Source of the DNA: Prasinococcaceae sp. CCMP 1430
Taxonomy: Eukaryota; Plantae; Prasinodermophyta
Assembly (NCBI GenBank): GCA_013416795.1
Contig: RQSC01001252.1
Span: forward strand, 1 to 64,000
Length of the DNA stretch: 64,000 nt
Direction: 5' to 3'
Part shown: positions 1-12,100 of the stretch, piece after piece
Position numbering within the stretch: position 1 is the first letter of the stretch
Layout: each line of letters starts with the position of its first letter
Translations under genes and position numbers: made by a program
Notes under the pieces: generated by a model
The model's input: only the letters and a program-made list of their open reading frames with translations
What the model was told of the DNA's origin: nothing
Databases searched by the model: none

Positions 1-1825
1 CAGGCGCCGCCTCGGCGGGCTGCGCGGGTGGCGGCCTGCCGGCGAGCGCCGCCTCGAGCGCGTCGTGCGCGCTGAGGGCGTCGAAGACGGCGCCCTCGCA
101 CCCGAGCTCGAGCGCCGCCTCGGCGGCGGCCACCAGCGCGTTGAACACGCCGCGCGCCTGCTCCTTGATGTCCGTCAGCAGCTCGGCGTCGCCCTCGGCG
201 CCCACGGCGGAGATGAGCGCCACGAGCTCGCGCGCGGCCTCGGCGTGCGACGCCGCCTCCTGCGCGACGCGCGCGCGGTCGCGNTCGAGCGCCGCGGCGG
301 CACTCGGCGTCACGCCCAGCAGCTCGAGCCCGTAGGGGCCGGCGCATGCGCATCCGCCGCGGCATTGCACGCCGAAAACGTCGTTGAGGAGCGCACACAC
401 GAAGTTGTAGTGGAGATAGAGGCCCTCACGCACGGCGGCGCGGGCGGGCGCTGTGCCGGAGGCGCCGCCAGCGTGGCCTTCGACGGATGGCGCAGGAGCC
501 TCGACGAGGAAAGACACCGCCGCTAGCCGCGGCACGTCAGCCGCCGTCGGCCCGAGCACAGCCAGCCGAGGCGTCGCGCGCAGAGCGCCATCCACACGCG
601 CGGCAATCGCCATGTCGCGTGCGTGCCCCCCGGCGCGCAGCATGTCGGCGCGCGCGGCGAACGCCAGCCCCGCGCGCGCGGCGCCGACCACGTCCGGCGT
701 GCCCCCCTCCTCCCTCTCCTCGCGGTTGGACAGATAGCGGTGATCCGTCGACGTGACGAAGAAGACGGTGCCACCCCCCGGCGTGGACGGCGCCGCCGCC
801 AGCGAAAACAGGCGGCGCTTGGCGAGCAGCACCCCGGGCGCGCCGGCGCCGCCGGCCATCTTGTGCGTTGAGACGAGAGCGGCATCCTTGTAGACGTATG
901 GATTGGCGCCCGACCCGTCGGCCATCATGACGACGGGGTTCATGTCCAGCGGCGCGAATGGCGCCGCCGCGGCGTAATCCCACACGGCGAGCGCGCCCGC
1001 GCGGTGCAGCTGCTCGCTGATCCCGTCGACGTCCGCCTCTATGCCTGTGACGTTCGAGGCCGCAGCGAAGGCGCCGATCACCAGCGGGTGCACCGCAGCG
1101 TACCGCTCCAGCAGGCGCGCGAGCGCGGCGCGGTCGACGCCACCGCGCGCGTCCTCGGGGACGCTCACCACGAGCGCCGACGACTCGCGCCACGGCAGCA
1201 GGTTGGAGTGGTGCTCGTGCGGCCCGACGAGCACCACGGCGCGCTTCGAGTCCGGCGTGCCCTCCGGGAGCGGCGCAAGCAGGCCGAGCGCACCGACCAG
1301 CTTGTTGGCGGCGCCGGTCGCGCCGCGGCCCGCGAAAAGCACCACGTCGGCGTGGCGGTCGGCGCGCTGCACGCGGCAGTTGGTGGCGCGCGCGATCGCC
1401 CCGCGCGCCTCCTCGCGGAAGCAGGTCGTCTGCAGGCCGGCCGCGCTCGTGGTGGTGTGCGTGTTGGCCAGCGTGGGAAGCACGCAATCGAGCACGCGCC
1501 GCTCGACGCCGCGCAGCGCGCGTCCGTGCGCCGCCCAGTCGCAGTACACGGCCGCCCGCTCGCCGAGCGCCGTCGGCACCAGCGCGCCTTGGCCAACGAG
1601 CCCCCGGCGCGCCGCGCCGAGCGCATCGGAGTTCGGCGCATTTCCCGAGGCACCGTCGCGCTCACCACTGCCGACGACGACGTCTCCGGGCGCGGGCGCC
1701 GGGACGGGGCCGCCGGCACTGCCGTCGGCGGCCCACGCGCGCGCAACGTGTGCGGGCTCCGCCTCGGCCTCAACCTCCGGCGCCAGCTCCGGCTCCCCAC
1801 CCTGCTGCGCGTCCTCTGCCTCCGA
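1..1825 (-). CDS. Class V PLP-dependent aminotransferase / cysteine desulfurase-like protein (partial; runs off the left edge, 5' end unresolved)
   Basis: Not in the ORF track because it has no stop inside the window. Hand translation of the minus frame gives YCDWAAHGR, LANTHTTTS, GPHEHHSNLLPWRE, AASNVTG, WDYAAAAP, STHKMAGG (PLP Lys), EEGGTP and LHYNFVCALLNDVFGVQCRGGCACAGPYG. No in-frame ATG was found before a stop near 1907. Confidence 0.85.
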
Positions 1826-2186
1826 GCGCGCGCGCCCGCGCGCGGGCGCCCCGGCACGCACCGCATTTCGAGGGACACAATCCGTCGTTTGTAATATTAA
1901 ATGTTCTCATTTTAAATTTAAGTAATTGCAGAAATGTGATACATTCCGCGAAAATGGCCGCTCGAAAGCGGCGCGCGCGGATCGGAGCGCGCGCCCGCGA
2001 TCGGTGCGGAATCCGGGAGCTTATCCGGGATTCGACAAAAAATGGAATCCACAAATAGTTCTATCATATCTATTTGTCACATTATGGATTCCGCAAGGGG
2101 GCTTTGGGGCGACGCGGAATCCACTCGCGGCGAAGCGCAGCCGCTCTTCGCGCGCAGCAGGGCCGCCGCCCGCAGGCGCTCGCGGT

Positions 2187-2238
2187 GCGTGTGTGTGTGC
2201 GTGTGCGTGTGTGTGTGTGTGCGTGTGTGTGTGTGTGC

Positions 2239-2276
<38 letters not shown>

Positions 2277-2333
2277 CTGCGTGTGTGTGTGTGCGTGTGT
2301 GTGTGCGTGTGTGTGTGCGTGTGCGCGTGTGTG
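2187..2333. repeat. (TG)n/(TGCG) microsatellite
   Basis: Direct reading: long imperfect TG repeat upstream of the ATG at 2412 and the N-gap. Confidence 0.95.
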
Positions 2334-2411
2334 CGATCGCGCGGCCTTGCGCCACACACGCCGCGCGCCCGCCTCGCGCCCCCCCCCTCTGTCCCGCCCC
2401 GCACGACGACG

Positions 2412-5400
2412 ATGGCGTCGTTCGCGGCGCCCGCCGCGTACGCCCNNNNNNNNNNNNNNNNNNNNNNNNNNNNNNNNNNNNNNNNNNNNNNNNNNNNNNN
2501 NNNNNNNNNNNNNNNNNNNNNNNNNNNNNNNNNNNNNNNNNNNNNNNNNNNNNNNNNNNNNNNNNNNNNNNNNNNNNNNNNNNNNNNNNNNNNNNNNNNN
2601 NNNNNNNNNNNNNNNNNNNNNNNNNNNNNNNNNNNNNNNNNNNNNNNNNNNNNNNNNNNNNNNNNNNNNNNNNNNNNNNNNNNNNNNNNNNNNNNNNNNN
2701 NNNNNNNNNNNNNNNNNNNNNNNNNNNNNNNNNNNNNNNNNNNNNNNNNNNNNNNNNNNNNNNNNNNNNNNNNNNNNNNNNNNNNNNNNNNNNNNNNNNN
2801 NNNNNNNNNNNNNNNNNNNNNNNNNNNNNNNNNNNNNNNNNNNNNNNNNNNNNNNNNNNNNNNNNNNNNNNNNNNNNNNNNNNNNNNNNNNNNNNNNNNN
2901 NNNNNNNNNNNNNNNNNNNNNNNNNNNNNNNNNNNNNNNNNNNNNNNNNNNNNNNNNNNNNNNNNNNNNNNNNNNNNNNNNNNNNNNNNNNNNNNNNNNN
3001 NNNNNNNNNNNNNNNNNNNNNNNNNNNNNNNNNNNNNNNNNNNNNNNNNNNNNNNNNNNNNNNNNNNNNNNNNNNNNNNNNNNNNNNNNNNNNNNNNNNN
3101 NNNNNNNNNNNNNNNNNNNNNNNNNNNNNNNNNNNNNNNNNNNNNNNNNNNNNNNNNNNNNNNNNNNNNNNNNNNNNNNNNNNNNNNNNNNNNNNNNNNN
3201 NNNNNNNNNNNNNNNNNNNNNNNNNNNNNNNNNNNNGCGGTTCGAATGGACGCGAGCGGGCGGCCCGCGGCCGCGCGGCAGGCGGAGCGCGTGCGCGCCG
3301 CCGAGTCGGCGCGCTCAAAGGAGAAACTGGTGTACCTCGTGACGGCGGACTGGTGGAGGGCATGGGCTGCGCACGTCGGCTACGGCGGCAGTGACGCCGG
3401 CGTGGGCGCCCGCGGCGACGGCAGCACCGCGAGCGCCAATGGGCGGGCACCTGAGCCGGGGCCCATCGACCAGGAGTCCATCCTCGAGCCCGGCGGCGAC
3501 GGCGCGCTGCGCTCGGGGCTCAAGGAGGGCGAGCACTACGTCGTACTCTCGCAGATGAGCTGGGAGGCGGTCTCCGAGTGGTACGGCGGCGGTCCCGCCG
3601 TGCCGCGCCGCGTCGCCTACGTGGGGTATCTCGGCACGCGCGAGGTTGAGGTGTACCCGTTGGTCGTCGATGTCTTTCGCATCGACAGCGCCACCGGCGA
3701 GCCCGAGGCGAGTGGACGGGCGGAGAGCGCCACGGTGCCGCGCGATGCGAGCGCGGGCGACCTCGCTGGCATCGCGCGCGAGGCTGTTGGCGCGGCCGCT
3801 GGCTCCGAGGTGCGGCTGTGGGTTGTGCGCGATGGAAAGGTGTCAACTCGAATCGCCCAGGGGACGACGGTGCTCCCAACGCCCGTGCGGCTGGGGAGCG
3901 GCGTGGCGGTGGAAACCAAGGACGCGTCGGGCGCCTGGCCCCGCGATCTGCGAGCGGATCACGCCCCCGACGATCCCCAGTCGTTCGCGGCGACGTCGCT
4001 GCTGTCGCGCGGACGAAGGAGTTCGAGCGCGTCGGCGCTCCCGACGCTGCCGGACGGCTGCGTCGGGCTGCGCAACCTGGGCAACACGTGCTTCATGAAC
4101 AGCGCGCTGCAGTGCCTGTCCAACATGCAGCACCTCACGAAGTATTTTCTCAACCAGGACTACGTCAATGACATCAACAAGGAGAACGTGCTGGGACACG
4201 GCGGTGAGCTCGCCAACGCGTACGCCAATCTCGTGAAGCAGCTGTGGGGTGGAGCCGCCGGGGGGTCCTCCGTATCGCCATACGAGATCAAGTACCTAAT
4301 CGGTCGGAGACGCGAGGAGTTCCGCGGCTACGCGCAGCAAGACAGCCAGGAGGTGCGCTCGCGCAGGTGCTCGTCGTGCGGGTCGTGCGCGCGTGCCCTT
4401 AGCTCTCAGCCCGACTGACCCGCCGCGCCCGCCATCGCACCACACGCCACGAACTCGGCCGCCTCCCTATGCGACTGTCCCGATGCGACACGCACGCGCA
4501 AAGCTGCTGGCGTTCCTCCTCGACGGTTTGCACGAGGACCTCAACCGCGTGCGTGTTCGGCCGCCGTACAAGGAGGACCCTGACGACGATGGCGCGCCTC
4601 CGCGGCCGGACGGCGAAGCGGCCGCCGATGCTTGGGAGGACTACGCGTCGCGCAACAGCTCGGTAGTGGTCGACCTGATGCAGGGTCAGATCAAGAGCCG
4701 TGTGGTGTGCCCAAATTGTGGACACACGTCGATCACATTCGACCCGGTCATGTACCTGTCGCTGCCGCTGCCCGGGCGGGGCCGCCGCACCTTGCCACTC
4801 GTGCTTGTGCGCCTCAGTGGCCGCCCGATTCGGATGCGCGTGAGTCTCTCGCGAGGCGCCAACGCGGAGGATGTCCTGACGGCAGCCGCGCAAATGGCTG
4901 GCATGGCGCCCACGGTGCCGCTGGTGGTGGCTGAGGTGCGTGCGGGGCGCCTGCAGCGTACACTGGCGCCCGGCGCCCCCGTAGAGGGTTTCTTCGACCC
5001 CAATCATGGGGGCGCAGGCTTGGCTGCGGAGCCGTCGCTCTACGTATATGAGTTGAAGCACGTGCCACCCACGGCAAAGAAGAGGGCCTCGTTTGGCTCG
5101 ACGATGTGGGCGTTCTGCGCGCCCATAGCTAGCGCATCGGGCCAGCCGCATGAGGGTGCTCCTGGGGGTGTGATTGTCGCTGTGCACCAGCGTGTGCACA
5201 CCGAGCCGTCCGAGCCAGGTGGTGCGTCGTCCCCTGGCGTGGTGTCGTGGATGTTCTCCTCAGGCTCTGGCGCTGGGCCTGAGAAGGTCGTTGGCTATCC
5301 GCTGTTGATATGCTTGTCAGCCGACGGCCTGACAAGCGCGTCGGTGGCACGGGAGGCGCGGCAGGCCGTTGATAATGCGCTCTCATGCGCCGCCGCTGGG

Positions 5401-5967
5401 CGGCCAGGGCAGCAGGGGGGCGCGCCGGCTGAGGACGCCATGGAGGTGGATGGCGTGGCGGCGGTCGGCGCCCATGCAGACGCACAAATGTCCGAGGACG
5501 CGTGCGCGTCCGAGGGCAAACTGATGCTGTGCGCGCGCAGCGGCGGTGACCGCGGCACGCCCTTCCCTGAGGAGGACGAGTCCGGCGCGCCGACAATCAG
5601 CGACACGCAGGCGCTCGTCCTCGAGTGGCCGGAATCATGCGCAAGGGCTGTCGAGCCGCTGTCGGCGGCGTCCTTCGATGAGCATTCGAGCTGGGCCGTG
5701 GAGAAGGTCACTGACGGGGGTTCGCTGCGGCTCGAGGACGTGCTGCAGGCATACACACGCGAAGAAAAACTCGGCAAGGAGAACATGTGGCGCTGCCCCA
5801 AGTGCAAGGCGCCCCGGGAGGCGACCAAGCAGCTCAGCCTGTGGCGCGCACCAAAGGTGCTGTGCCTGCACCTCAAGCGCTTCTCCTCGGGGCGGTACAT
5901 GCGCGACGATCGCGACCGCGGCGGCTCGCGAGAAGTGCGCGTGGAGCGTAGCGCTGGCGACAAGTGA
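2412..5967 (+). CDS. Ubiquitin carboxyl-terminal hydrolase, USP4/11/15 (plant UBP5/8-11) family; DUSP + split catalytic domain; join(2412..4352,4504..5967); C-terminal His box absent
   Basis: DUSP motifs ([34 protein letters not shown]), Cys box [23 protein letters not shown]|[15 protein letters not shown] restored by a GT..AG intron at 4353-4503, CPNC...FDP, and CPKCK...[19 protein letters not shown]. The N-terminus is interrupted by the gap 2446-3236. Confidence 0.85.
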
Positions 5968-6302
5968 GCGCATGGCACCGACGCCCCGGAAAATCATAAT
6001 ACAGCGATACAGCCGCTCTCTTAGCCCGCCCTGTCGCGAGCGATGCTGAGCTACGCACTGCGCAGGGCAACACCGCGCGCGGATGTCGCCCAGCCGGTCC
6101 TTCAGTCTGCCTCCGCCGAGGCCCAGTGCTTCGCACGCGACAGGAGGTCGCCGTGCGGAAGCTTCGCAGTCGCATTGGTTGCGAATCGGCCGCCGGCACA
6201 CGCTCTGGCGCGCGCGCGCCCTTGCACGAGCAAGTGTTCATTAACGCTACTTTAGTTACACAAGTGTGCGCGCACACGGGTCGGCGCGCGCGGCCCAAAT
6301 CG

Positions 6303-8224
6303 TCAGGTCGCATTTGCGGCGACCGCGCCGACGCTCCCCTCGATGCGCTCCGCGAGGTCGTCGGGGAAGCGCTGCGTCTTGGTGAACTCGCGCATGTAGA
6401 TGATGGGCTCCACCCCGCGGTCCATCTCGCTGGCGTCCTCGAACATCACCCGCGGCTTGTGCGCCTCCAGCATGGCCTCGGCGTCCGTGCCGATGGCGCC
6501 CACCACCCTCTCGAGCGCGTCGAGCGAATTCATCTTCATGTAGGGGCAGCTCGCGCAGCCGCCCTCAGCGCTGCAGCCCTCGCCCCCCGCCGCGCCGGGG
6601 ACCACCTCCAAACCCAGGAGGGAGGGCGACGAGCCACCAGCCTTGGACTTGGTGATCGCCCCGGCCGCATCGACTCCCTGGACGGCGTCGCTGGACACCG
6701 GGAAGACGATCTCCACGCTGACGTCCGCCGCGTCCCCCCCGAGCCGCTCCCGCGCACCATCGAGCATGTCCTGCACCGCTAGCACGATGGACGTCACCAT
6801 GCCCACCTCTGTGCCCAGCACGAAGCGCAGCGCCCTGTCCTCGTTGGCCTCGACCGCGTCCGCGGTCTTGGCCTTGATGAAGGCGAGAATCTCCGCGGTG
6901 GATCCCACCACGCTATCCCCCGCGGCACGCTCCTTGAGCGCCAGGCCGAAGAGGCCGCCGGGCACCTCGAAGTGCGCGGTGAGGAAGGTGTCGCGCTCGC
7001 CCACGTAGTGTTCCTCCAGCGTGCGCACGACGTCCTCGCCGAACATGTCGTGCACCACGCACATGCCGTCCTCGAAGTAGTGCAGCCTGGAGAGCGCGTC
7101 GCGCACGCTGGCGTGCGTGTGCGCCGGGTGCACGCGCGCCACCTCCTCCTCGGGAAGCTCCAGCAGCGACTCGAGCAGCTCCACCAGATTGGCGCCCATG
7201 TACGAGTCCGGGCCGTACCACACGTGCACGCCCTCCACCTGCGCGAACGCCTGCAGCACTGTGCGCACCACGTTGGAGCTCGTGCACGTGATGGTGGGCA
7301 CCGTCGCGTTGGCCGCCGCCTTGGTCGCCAGGCTAGTGTTGATGTAGACCACGTGCACGGAGCGCCCCTGCGCCGCCGCAGCGCCCAGGTACTCGTCGTA
7401 TTCGGGCCCGCGCGCGGCGTCCGCCAGCGAGCAGCCGATGTCGCCCGGGTCCATGCGGTAGACGGGCACGGAGGTGTGCCCCGCGCGGTCCAGCACCGCG
7501 CGCACGTTCTCCGCCATGAAGTCCACGCCCAGCACGGCGATGGACTCGCATCCGCCCTCCTCCACCATCACGACCGCCTGGTCGGCCATCAGCAGCGAGT
7601 CCGAGATGTGCACGAACGGCCACTCGTCGCGCGCCGCGGACAGCACCCCCTGCACCTCCGGGTCCATGTAGTAGTGCGCCACGACGCCAATGCGCTTGGC
7701 AGACAGCACCGACGCCATGGCGCGCGCGCGCGCCGCGTCAGGGCGCAGGTACTCGGCCTGCGCCAGCGCAAACGCGCCGCGCGGCGCGGCGGGGGCACCC
7801 GCGCGCAGCACGAGGCTCGGGAAGGGCGCCGCACGGGCGCGGGCGGCGGTGGCGCCCGCGCCCGCGCCTCGTTCCCTCTCCTCGGCGTCGAGCTCCTTGG
7901 CGCGCCTCGCGAAGGCCTCGAGCAGCGTGCGCAGGTTGTTGCCACGCGAGTTGGCCGCGACGGCGTCCCCCAGCTTGAGCGCTCGCAGCGCGGCGCCGGC
8001 GTCCAGCGCCGCGACCTCTCGCGGCGGCAGGCCCTCCAGCGCGTCGGCGAAGTACGCAGCGAGGCCGCGCGTGAGCGCGCTGTCGCTGTCCGCCTCGAAG
8101 CGCACGCCGCTGGCGTCGCCGTCGAGCGGATGCGCGGCCACCCACGTGCGCGCCGCGCAGCCGGGCACGTTGGCTGCCGCCGTGCGCGCCGCGTCGGCCA
8201 TGCGTGGCGCGGCGGCGCCGCGCT
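6303..8224 (-). CDS. QS: Quinolinate synthase, plastid type (SufE-NadA fusion, SufE3); N-terminus in gap
   Basis: SufE domain (VPGCAARTWV, ADSDSALTRGL, SRGNNL) followed by NadA motifs AHYYMDPEVQG, ISDSLLMAD, LGVDFMAENV, GCSLADAA, VYINTSL, TCTSSNVV, GPDSYMGANL, CVVHDMF, AHFEVP, GSTAEIL and GGCASCPYMKMN. Confidence 0.95.
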
Positions 8225-9137
8225 NNNNNNNNNNNNNNNNNNNNNNNNNNNNNNNNNNNNNNNNNNNNNNNNNNNNNNNCACACACACGCACGCACCCCG
8301 CCATCCCCTCCCCCACCCACCCCACCCCACCCGTGGCGCGCGCCCCCCCGTCTGCCCTGCGGCTGCGGCTGCTGCGCGCATGCGGCTGCCGCTGCGATCC
8401 TGCGGACGGGAGGGCGCCCCACAGAAAAAGGAATCCACATCCTAAAAAGTACATCATAATACATCCAACTACACAATGAGGATTCGCTTTTGTTCGGCGA
8501 GATCATTTGGATTCAATATGGACTCCACAGCAGCCCACGCTGGCGTGGCGGCGCAATGTATTGTGACGTATATTTATGTCTCCCGTGGGTAAGTCATGCG
8601 AATTTGACGCGGCCGCAGAAGGCGCGTTCGCGGCGAGTGGCCGGGTGCGCCCTTGTCTTCTAGCCCGGAATGTCGGTGCAAAGATTGGGGATAGATCCCA
8701 ATGACCCGGGTGGATGTTTTTACCCGGGGTCATCGGTCGTCTGACCTGGGGTGGATCGCGGGGCGCGCGCGCGCGTGGCGCGCGTGCGCGCGCGCGGTGC
8801 GCTGTCGGACGCGTGGCGCGGGAGGGGGGCAGGCCGGCGGCGGCGCGGATGGCCGCTCGGCGCGCGCAGACGACGGCTCGGCGGACGCGCTCGCGGCAGC
8901 GGTGGCCGCGGCGAGGGATGCGTGGGACGGTGTGGGGGGGCGGGGGCTTGACGGTCAGGCGGGTGCGTTGCGGGAGCGAGAGGCCCGGCGGGCTTTGGCG
9001 GCCGAGCGTGCGCGCCCGCGCTACCCACTGCGCCGCCGAGCGCTGGGAGTCACTCGCGTTGCCCGCTGCGCCGCCAATGGCTTGCAGTCGCGCGCGCTGA
9101 CATCGGCGCCCGCGGGTGTTCACTCAAATGCGCGCGC

Positions 9138-12100
9138 GTGCGCTCCCGATGGCTAGGCGCCGCTGGCAGCGCCACGGGTGAGCGCGTGCTGCTCGCCCTC
9201 TCGAGCGAGCTGAAGTACCTCGTGGAGATCGGCGGCGAGGCGCTGCGCGGTGGCGACCTGGACGCGCTTTGCTCGCTGTGCTACGAGGTGGTGCTCGCGC
9301 GCGCGGCGGGGCGGATACGCTTTCTGCAAATCCGCTACGCCGGCATCCTCGTCGAGGTGCTGCGGCGACGCGCCGAGGCGCTCACGCTGGTGGCGCCGTG
9401 CTGGCGCGCGATGGTCGCCGCGCTGCGCGCGGTCGCGCTGCAGCCCGTGGGCGGCTTTGAGGGCGTGTCCCTCACAGGGCAGTTCTCGACGACGCTGCTG
9501 AGCATCATCAAGCACTCGCGGCGCTGGTTCGCGGCAGGCGCGTGCGACGAGATTGTGGACGAGCTGCTGGGCGCTGCCGAGCGGACGCGACAGACTGGCG
9601 ATGGGATGGAGGCGTTCCTGTTGCTCGGCGCGCTGCTGCCCACGCGCGGCGCCGGGGCGGTGTCGTCGCGCTGGGACTCGCACGTGGCGCGAGTGCTCGC
9701 GCTGTGGCGCTCGGCATCCGCGGGCTCGCAGACGTGGGACAACTGCGCCGTGGCGCTGCTGGGGCGCATCGCCAAGGCGAGCGCGCTGCGCGTGACGGGC
9801 GGGCACCCACATGGGATCGCCGCGGACACGTGGGGGCGCTGTGTGCAGCTCGTGTGCAACGCGTCGCTCTCCGCGCTCAAGCTGCCCATCGGCGGCGCCT
9901 CGGGTGGGGGCGGCGGGTCGCGCGCCGCCCCCAAGTCGGCGATGGTGCTCGCCACGCGCGGGTCAGTGCAGGGCAACGCGGCGAAGGTGCTCGTGTACAC
10001 CCTCGGGCGCGCTGGTGTCGCGGCCGGCGGCGCCGCGCACTGCGCGGGCGCGCTGGCCGCCACGGCGAGCGAGCTGGAGGGGGGCGGCGCCGCTGCGGGC
10101 GCGGAAGACGCTATGGTAGTGGAGCGCGGCGCCGAGGGCGATGCGGGGTGCTGCGCGTCGCTCGAGCACGCGTGCATGCTCATCGCGCTGATCGAGCAGT
10201 TCGCGCACCCGTCTAATGGCGGCAGCTGGTCGTCGGCGATCGGCCGGCTCCTGGAGGACCTGGGCGTGCACCTGCTGGGCAGGCGAGCGCTGGAGGCGTC
10301 GTACGGCGCTCACGCCGACCCCGCCGTCGCAGAGAGTGCGCCTACGCCCATGCCACGGCAGTGCGAGCTCGCGCTCGCGCACGTGCTGCTCGATCTATGC
10401 GAGCGCTCCATGCACTCCAAAAGCTCCTCGCTCCGCGCGGGCGCCGCCTCCACCTTGGTGCGCCTCTCCGAGCTGCTGCCGCGCCGCGTGTTCCCCCTCA
10501 TCGTGGAAACTTTCGACTCGGCGCTGGGTTCGGAGACGTCCCCGCATCAGCTAAATACGGCCATCCGTCTCATGGGCTGGTCCTCGAGACCCCTCATGCT
10601 CTACACGCAGACCATTCCGATGGCGGGCGGCGTTTGCGTGACGGGTCCGGAAGCGCTGGTGGCCGCGCTCAGCGCGGTGCTCCCTGGGCTGGACGCGAAC
10701 GACAGCAGCAAAGCAATGCGTTCCATGACTTTCATCTGCTCAGCGCTCAGCGCGTGCGCGCCTGCCGACCGAGCGGTCGCCAAGGGCGGCGGCGCTCTGC
10801 CGCTGCCATGGGACGAATGGTCGGAGGAGCTACTCACCCGCGTGCTGCTGTTGATGTCCCATGTCGATGAGGGACGTGGGCCGCCAGGCAGGGAGGGCGA
10901 GAGTGACGCAGCCGCCCTGGAGGATCCCGGAAGCTTCCTGATGGAAGACGACTCAATGTTCAGGACGATGCTGGAGCTCGTCTTCCACCGCATGCCGCGC
11001 GCGTGCCGATCGCGCTCGTACGCGCGCCTCGCTCGCTGGCTGCTGTCCAAGGACCTCAGTGGCATTCCCCTCGAGGCCGGCGTCATGATGAGCGCGGCGG
11101 TATACATTGATCCCACCATGGCTGTGGAGGTAGTAGGGAAGCCGCTGCTTGAGGGCGCCACCGCCGCAATGCGGGAGCTCGCTGCCGACGCCGAGAGCGG
11201 TGGCGAGGGCGGGCACTCGCGGAGCATGCGATCGCACGTGAAGAAGGCGGGCGCCGACATCGAGGTGCTTTCCATGTGCCTCCCGTTCGCTGGGCCTGCG
11301 CTCGTGCCAATCGGCGATACCTTACTTGAGTGCCTGAGGCTGGCCCTTCGCTCGCCACACGTGGCGTTGTCCAAGACTGGATCGCGTCTCAACATGTGCG
11401 TGTTGTCGGCTCTGTCGGGGTGCTATCCCATGGACGAGTACCGTTGCGTCGCGGGCCCGCTCGCAGACAGCACGGGGTGCGTCTTTTCGCGCGGCGACGC
11501 AAGCGCTCTCGAAGCGAGCGCCCCGCATTGGCACACGCCGAACGATGCGGAGAGGGCGCTGTGCGACCGCATCATCGCCGACTGCCTTCGCAAGCCGCTC
11601 GCAGAGATGCGCTCATTCGTCGGTGGCGAGGCCCCCGCGAGCAGGGATGCGGTGCGCGCAGTGCTCCTGTGCGTCGAGTCGACGCTTGGCGGCCTCGGCA
11701 ACGCCATCCCGGACTTCGACCCTGTCAGAGGTGGCGGCGGCGGCGGGCCAGACGCGAGGCCGTTGCCACAAGCTCCGCGCGTGCTTGTGCACAGCTTCGC
11801 TTCGGCGGCACTTCGCACCGAGGCAGCTTCGACGCTCCACGCGGCGCGCGCTTTTGTTTGCGACCGCTTCGGCGATGACACGGTAGCACTGAAGCTTCTC
11901 ATCAATGCGATGGATTCGTGCCTGAATGCATGTGCGAATCACCACTACGAGTACGGGCACGGTCACAGCTGCTGGAAGCATCACGACGCGCAGATGTTTG
12001 CTGTGGACACCGCGATGCCCGGTGGCTTCGCAGGCGAGCTAGGCGCGCCGAAGCCGACCTGGCTCATGACGGAAGCAGTCTACCTGGCGTACACTTTTCG

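Noticed and set aside
6303-8224. SufE-NadA fusion as a novelty
   Set aside because: This is the established architecture of plastid quinolinate synthase (SufE3) in the green lineage.
8684-8733. Two adjacent small hairpins near a CTAG as a Helitron end
   Set aside because: The order and spacing do not fit a Helitron 3' end, and no matching 5' TC end or Rep/helicase is present.
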